DNA of 64,000 bases, from contig JABEVB010000161.1 in NCBI GenBank assembly GCA_013044165.1, forward strand, positions 13,451-77,450, read 5' to 3'. Positions 59,678-64,000 of this stretch are shown piece by piece. The stretch's first letter is position 1, and each line of letters opens with the position of its first letter. Under the pieces are notes generated by a model. The model was not told where the DNA came from. It made no database searches and saw only the letters and a program-made list of their open reading frames with translations. The position numbers were made by a program, and so were the translations under genes. The DNA is from Phycisphaerales bacterium (GTDB lineage: Bacteria > Planctomycetota > Phycisphaerae > WQYP01).

Positions 59678-60736
59678 ATGAACATCAGATTGCAAAAATT
59701 CATGGCCGACTGCGGCATCGCCTCCCGCCGCAAGTGCGAGGAGCTTATTACGCAGGGGCAGGTGCGCGTCAATGGCGAAATCAAAACCACTTTACCCGTT
59801 CTTATTGATCCAGATAGCGATCAAATAACTGTCGGCGAACAAGTGCTCGAACCCATTAAGCAGGAAACGCACGCCTATTACCTGCTGCACAAACCCAAGG
59901 GCGTACTGGTAACAAACCACGACCCCGCGGACCGAAAAACCGTGGGCGAGCTTATGACCGGCATCACCGAGAGAGTCTTTCCTGTCGGCCGGCTCGACAT
60001 GGACGCGCGCGGGTTGCTGATGATGACCAACGATGGAGAGCTGGCGCACCGTTTGACGCATCCACGTTATGGCGTCGAAAAAACGTATGTGGTGCGCGTG
60101 GATGGACGCATGGGAGCCGATGCTATCGAGCGCCTTCGCAAGGGCGTATGGCTTGGACCCGAGCAGGGCACCGGGCCGGGCGTTAAAAGTGAAGGCTTTC
60201 GCCTGCGATTGCTGGCCCGCGACCGCCACGACACCGTGCTGGAAGTGCGACTCGTTGAACGTAAAAACCGCGAAATCCGCCGCGTACTGGCCCGCACGGG
60301 CCATAAAGTTCGCGATCTTTTTCGCGTGGCCATGGCCGAAAAAATCACACTTAAAGGCCTTGAGCCGGGCCAATTCCGCCGGCTTACCGAGCAGGAAGTA
60401 GCATGGCTGCGCAAGGCGACATCCGCCGATTTTCATGAGCAAAAACGAGCCGCAACACAGACATGGTTTGAAAACAAAGAAATGGCCAAGGAGCGCCGCC
60501 GCATCGCAGCCGAGGCCGGACAGCGCCGCAGCACCCCCGACCGCCCCGCTGCCGGCCGCACGCCGATTGCGCCCGTTGCACCGGGTAAACCACGGGCCAG
60601 CACCAAGCGTCGTTTTTCTCCAGCGCCGCCAGCGATGGATCGCAAGTTCGGGCCGGGCGCAAGGCGGCTGCCCCAAGGTAAGTTTGGCCGCGGGCCTGGC
60701 GGTTTTGGCAAACACAACCCGAGGCCGGGCCGCTGA
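59678..60736 (+). CDS. rluB: pseudouridine synthase, RsuA/RluB family, with long basic C-terminal tail
   Basis: S4 domain (RLQKFMADCGIASRRKCEELITQGQVRVNG). Catalytic motif …VGRLDMDARGLLMMTNDGEL…. Confidence 0.9.
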   Translation: MNIRLQKFMADCGIASRRKCEELITQGQVRVNGEIKTTLPVLIDPDSDQITVGEQVLEPIKQETHAYYLLHKPKGVLVTNHDPADRKTVGELMTGITERVFPVGRLDMDARGLLMMTNDGELAHRLTHPRYGVEKTYVVRVDGRMGADAIERLRKGVWLGPEQGTGPGVKSEGFRLRLLARDRHDTVLEVRLVERKNREIRRVLARTGHKVRDLFRVAMAEKITLKGLEPGQFRRLTEQEVAWLRKATSADFHEQKRAATQTWFENKEMAKERRRIAAEAGQRRSTPDRPAAGRTPIAPVAPGKPRASTKRRFSPAPPAMDRKFGPGARRLPQGKFGRGPGGFGKHNPRPGR

Positions 60737-60754
60737 TTCAACCGAGTGTAAAAC

Positions 60755-63700
60755 ATGATGGATATTAACAACTACATTCTAAATACCGCATTTGATCGCC
60801 CCATGGCCCAGCATCCATTTTTAGATATGCTGCGCCAGCGCGTGATGGTGTTTGATGGCGGTCTGGGAACGCAGATTTTTGAAGCCGACCTGCAACTCTC
60901 TGATTTCTGGAACCTCGAAAACTGTCCCGAAGTTCTGGTGCTGAGCCGACCTGATGTTATTGAAGATATTCACACGCGGTACTATGCCGCTGGCTCTGAT
61001 ACGGTTGAAACCGATACGTTTGGCGCCAGCAAAATTGTGCTGGCCGAGTTTGGCCTGCAGGACCGCTGCCGCGAAATTAATCGCACCGCCGCCGAGCTTG
61101 CGCGTAAAGCCGCGGATAAGTTTTCTACTCCGAAACGACCGCGTTTTGTCGCCGGCTCCATAGGGCCGGGCACCAAGGCAATCACGCTGGGCAACACCAC
61201 ATTTGACATCATGCTCGATAGCTATCAGGAGCAGATGCGCGGCCTGCTCGATGGCAATGTTGACGCAATCCTTATTGAAACCTGCTTTGACCTGCTGCAG
61301 GCCAAGGTGGCCGTGATCGCAGCGCTCGACATCATGCGCGAACGTAACCATCGTGTACCCATCATGGTGCAGGTAACCATGGAAACGGTAGGCACCATGC
61401 TGCTCGGCACCGAAATGAGCAGCGTTATCACAACCCTCGAAGCCCTGCCGGTGGATGTGCTGGGCATGAACTGCGCCACCGGGCCGGAACTTATGCGGCC
61501 GCATGTGGAAACACTCAGCCGCGAAAGCACGCGCTATCTCTCGGTACAGCCCAACGCGGGCCTGCCGGTGCTGCATGATGGCAAAACGCATTTTCCGCTT
61601 AGCCCCGAAGAACTCGCCAAAGCGCATCGGGAGTTTGTCACCACTTTTGGAGTCAACATCGTCGGCGGCTGCTGCGGTACCACGCCCAAACACATCGCCG
61701 CCGTCGCCGAGGCCGTAGCGGGCCTCACCCCGGCTTCGCGCGGTATGTTTGCTGCTGCCACCGTTGCTGGCACCTCGGCGGTGTCTTCGCTTTATGCCTC
61801 GGTGCCGGCGCGCCAGGATAATTCCATACTTATTATTGGCGAACGCACCAATACCAATGGCTCCAAAAAGTTCCGCGACTGCCTCCTGGCTCAAGACTGG
61901 GACCAACTGGTGTCCATTGGCCGCGAGCAGGTTAAAGAAGGCTCGCACGTGGTGGATGTTTGCGTTGACTATGTTGGCCGCAATGGCGTACCCGACATGC
62001 ACGAAGTGGTACGGCGCTTCGCCAAAGAAGTAACCGCCCCGCTGATGATTGATTCCACCCAGCTTGATGTTATTGAAGCCGGCCTGCAGGTGGCGCCGGG
62101 CAAGTGCATTGTCAATTCCATCAACCTTGAGGATGGCGAAGAAAAGCTCGCCAAAATGGCCGGCTTACTCAAGCGATACGGTGCGGCCGTTGTCGCCGGA
62201 ACCATTGACGAAGACAAGGTTGAAGCCATGGGCAAAACCGCCGACCGCAAGGTGGCCATCGCCCGCCGGCTCTACGAGCTTTTGGTTAAAAAGTACGGCA
62301 TACCTGAAACCGACATCTACTTTGACCCACTGATATTCCCCATCGTCACCGGACAGGACGAAGTGCGCCGCCTGGCGCTCGAAACCATTGAGGGCATCCG
62401 CCGCATCAGCGCCGAGTTTCCCAATTGCCATACCACACTGGGCCTCTCCAATGTTTCGTTTGGCTTAAAGCCCTATGCGCGGCTGGTGATCAACAGCGCG
62501 TTTTTTAACGAGTGCGTGAAAGCCGGCCTGACCTCGGCCATTGTGCATGCCAGCAAAATATTGCCCCAGAATAAAATTGAACCCGAACATTACCAATGGG
62601 CGATGGACCTTATTTACGATCGCGCCACCGCCGACTACAACCCGCTGGGGCTGTTAAGCACGCTGGGCGCTCCCGCCCGCGAAGCCGACACCACCGAGCA
62701 GTTGCCGCTGGAAGAAAAACTCAAACGCCACATTATTGATGGCGACAAACAAAAGCTTCCCGCACATCTCGATGAGGCACTGCAGAAATACCCCCCGCTG
62801 GACATCATCAACGACCACCTGCTCGCCGGCATGAAAGTGGTTGGTGAATTATTCGGCAGTGGACAAATGCAGCTCCCGTTTGTGCTCCAAAGCGCCGAGG
62901 TCATGAAAACTGCTGTCGCCTACCTGCAGCCATTTATGCCCAAGGCTCAGGGCCAAAGCCGCGGCGTCATGGTGCTGGCCACGGTAAAAGGCGATGTACA
63001 CGACATTGGCAAGAATCTCGTGGATATCATTCTGTCGAACAATGGCTTTACAGTGCATAACCTGGGCATTAAGCAGCCGATTGCCAATGTTATTGAAGCC
63101 GCCAAACAGCACAACGCCCATGCCATTGGCCTCTCGGGCTTGCTGGTAAAGTCCACCCTTGTCATGCGCGACGACCTGCAGGAACTCAACCGCCTGGGCA
63201 TTAGCGTACCGGTTATCCTTGGCGGCGCAGCGCTGACGCGCAAATATGTTGAAAAAGACCTTCGAGCCATTTATCAGGGGCCGCTGTTCTTTGGCAAAGA
63301 CGCCTTTGAAGGCCTCAAGGTCATGGATCATATAACAACCGGCCGCATGGAACAGATTCTCGCCGAAACCGGCGAATCGCCCGACCGCATCGGTACCTTG
63401 TGCAAAGGCGGCGCTGTGGCCGTGGTCGAGCCGCCGCCGGTTACAACCGGCCCGCAACCCGATGCCTTTGCGGTTTCAGACATTCGCCATGACAACGTCA
63501 TTCCGCCGGCGCCCTTTCTAGGCTCGCGCGTGGTGAAGGATATTCCCGTGGATGCGGTGTTCCCTTACATAGACGAAGTGGCGCTGTTTAGAGGGCAGTG
63601 GCAGTTCAAATCGGGCAATATGCCGCGCGACGAGTTTCGCAAGTTTACCGAGTCGCATGTGCGGCCCATTTATGAACGCATTAAACAAAAGTGCCGCGAC

Positions 63701-64000
63701 CTGAAGCTGCTGCATCCGCAGATTGTTTATGGGTACTTCAGGTGCAACAGCGATAAAAATGACCTGATTATTTACGAAGAAGATGGCAAGACCGAACGCC
63801 TGCGTTTTCATTTTCCGCGCCAGCCCGACAAAAAACGCTGGTGCCTGAGCGACTTTTTCCTGCCGAAAGAGACCGGCCGCACCGATGTTGTGGCCATGCA
63901 GGTGGCCACCGCCGGCGCCGATGTCGCCGCGTACGAAAAGGAATTGTTTCATAGCGGCGACTTTACCGAATACCTGTACATTCATGGCATGGGTGTGCAG
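60755..64000 (+). CDS. metH: cobalamin-dependent methionine synthase (5' partial; continues past the window end)
   Basis: Not in the ORF track because no stop codon lies inside the window. The frame stays open for 1082 codons. Hand translation gives the Hcy-binding domain (…VMVFDGGLGTQIF…GGCCGTTP), the pterin domain (…IIGERTNTNGSKKF…), the B12 domain (GDVHDIGKN…) and the start of the AdoMet activation domain. The start could be ATG 60803. Confidence 0.95.
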   Translation, partial: MMDINNYILNTAFDRPMAQHPFLDMLRQRVMVFDGGLGTQIFEADLQLSDFWNLENCPEVLVLSRPDVIEDIHTRYYAAGSDTVETDTFGASKIVLAEFGLQDRCREINRTAAELARKAADKFSTPKRPRFVAGSIGPGTKAITLGNTTFDIMLDSYQEQMRGLLDGNVDAILIETCFDLLQAKVAVIAALDIMRERNHRVPIMVQVTMETVGTMLLGTEMSSVITTLEALPVDVLGMNCATGPELMRPHVETLSRESTRYLSVQPNAGLPVLHDGKTHFPLSPEELAKAHREFVTTFGVNIVGGCCGTTPKHIAAVAEAVAGLTPASRGMFAAATVAGTSAVSSLYASVPARQDNSILIIGERTNTNGSKKFRDCLLAQDWDQLVSIGREQVKEGSHVVDVCVDYVGRNGVPDMHEVVRRFAKEVTAPLMIDSTQLDVIEAGLQVAPGKCIVNSINLEDGEEKLAKMAGLLKRYGAAVVAGTIDEDKVEAMGKTADRKVAIARRLYELLVKKYGIPETDIYFDPLIFPIVTGQDEVRRLALETIEGIRRISAEFPNCHTTLGLSNVSFGLKPYARLVINSAFFNECVKAGLTSAIVHASKILPQNKIEPEHYQWAMDLIYDRATADYNPLGLLSTLGAPAREADTTEQLPLEEKLKRHIIDGDKQKLPAHLDEALQKYPPLDIINDHLLAGMKVVGELFGSGQMQLPFVLQSAEVMKTAVAYLQPFMPKAQGQSRGVMVLATVKGDVHDIGKNLVDIILSNNGFTVHNLGIKQPIANVIEAAKQHNAHAIGLSGLLVKSTLVMRDDLQELNRLGISVPVILGGAALTRKYVEKDLRAIYQGPLFFGKDAFEGLKVMDHITTGRMEQILAETGESPDRIGTLCKGGAVAVVEPPPVTTGPQPDAFAVSDIRHDNVIPPAPFLGSRVVKDIPVDAVFPYIDEVALFRGQWQFKSGNMPRDEFRKFTESHVRPIYERIKQKCRDLKLLHPQIVYGYFRCNSDKNDLIIYEEDGKTERLRFHFPRQPDKKRWCLSDFFLPKETGRTDVVAMQVATAGADVAAYEKELFHSGDFTEYLYIHGMGVQ

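Noticed and set aside
60821-62002. 393-aa minus-strand ORF, together with 61225..61530, 62849..63457, 63518..63985 and others
   Set aside because: They are antisense to the unambiguous metH reading frame. The translations are Ala/Arg/Gly-rich and low in complexity, as expected for stop-free antisense frames in GC-rich DNA.

Overview
64-kb chromosomal segment of a moderately GC-rich bacterium. It is most likely a member of the PVC superphylum (Planctomycetota-like): it has two DUF1559/prepilin-type 'H-X9-DG' proteins, a PEP-CTERM protein and an oversized prepilin peptidase. I call about 55 protein genes and 4 tRNAs. All family assignments come from motifs read by eye; no database search was possible. 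Order of content: (1) PEP-CTERM and DUF1559 genes and lysA. (2) A minus-strand translation cluster: tRNA-His, tRNA-Thr, tuf, rpmG, tRNA-Trp, secE, nusG, rplK. It ends abnormally after rplK. (3) pilD-like peptidase, cimA with an attenuator-like leader, valS, M29 aminopeptidase and a double-FKBP lipoprotein. (4) An rlmN / DUF255-thioredoxin / small HExxH protein string, two tiny membrane-protein genes, clpP, a GT4 and a GT-C glycosyltransferase. (5) tRNA-Asp followed by a complete kdpFABCDE locus. (6) A PA14/PKD/TPR protein, a roughly 1-kb non-coding tract and two beta-barrel porin-like genes. (7) ROK and MarR regulators and two tandem amt-glnK modules. (8) A methyl-cycle cluster: SahR-like regulator plus ahcY, divergent from manA-rluB-metH, with metH running off the right edge. 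I found no CRISPR array, intact IS/transposase, prophage or recognisable defence system. The observations most worth follow-up are: an unannotated 29-codon hydrophobic ORF translationally coupled to kdpF; diverged amt-glnK paralog modules (one Amt with Glu at the first twin-His position, both PII proteins without Tyr51); a GT-C glycosyltransferase whose N-terminus has no canonical start codon; the 1-kb AT-cored structured non-coding region ahead of the porins; the SahR-like methyl-cycle arrangement; and the attenuator-like cimA leader. Coordinates anchored on the ORF track are exact. Small motifs placed from my own reading may be off by 1-2 nt.
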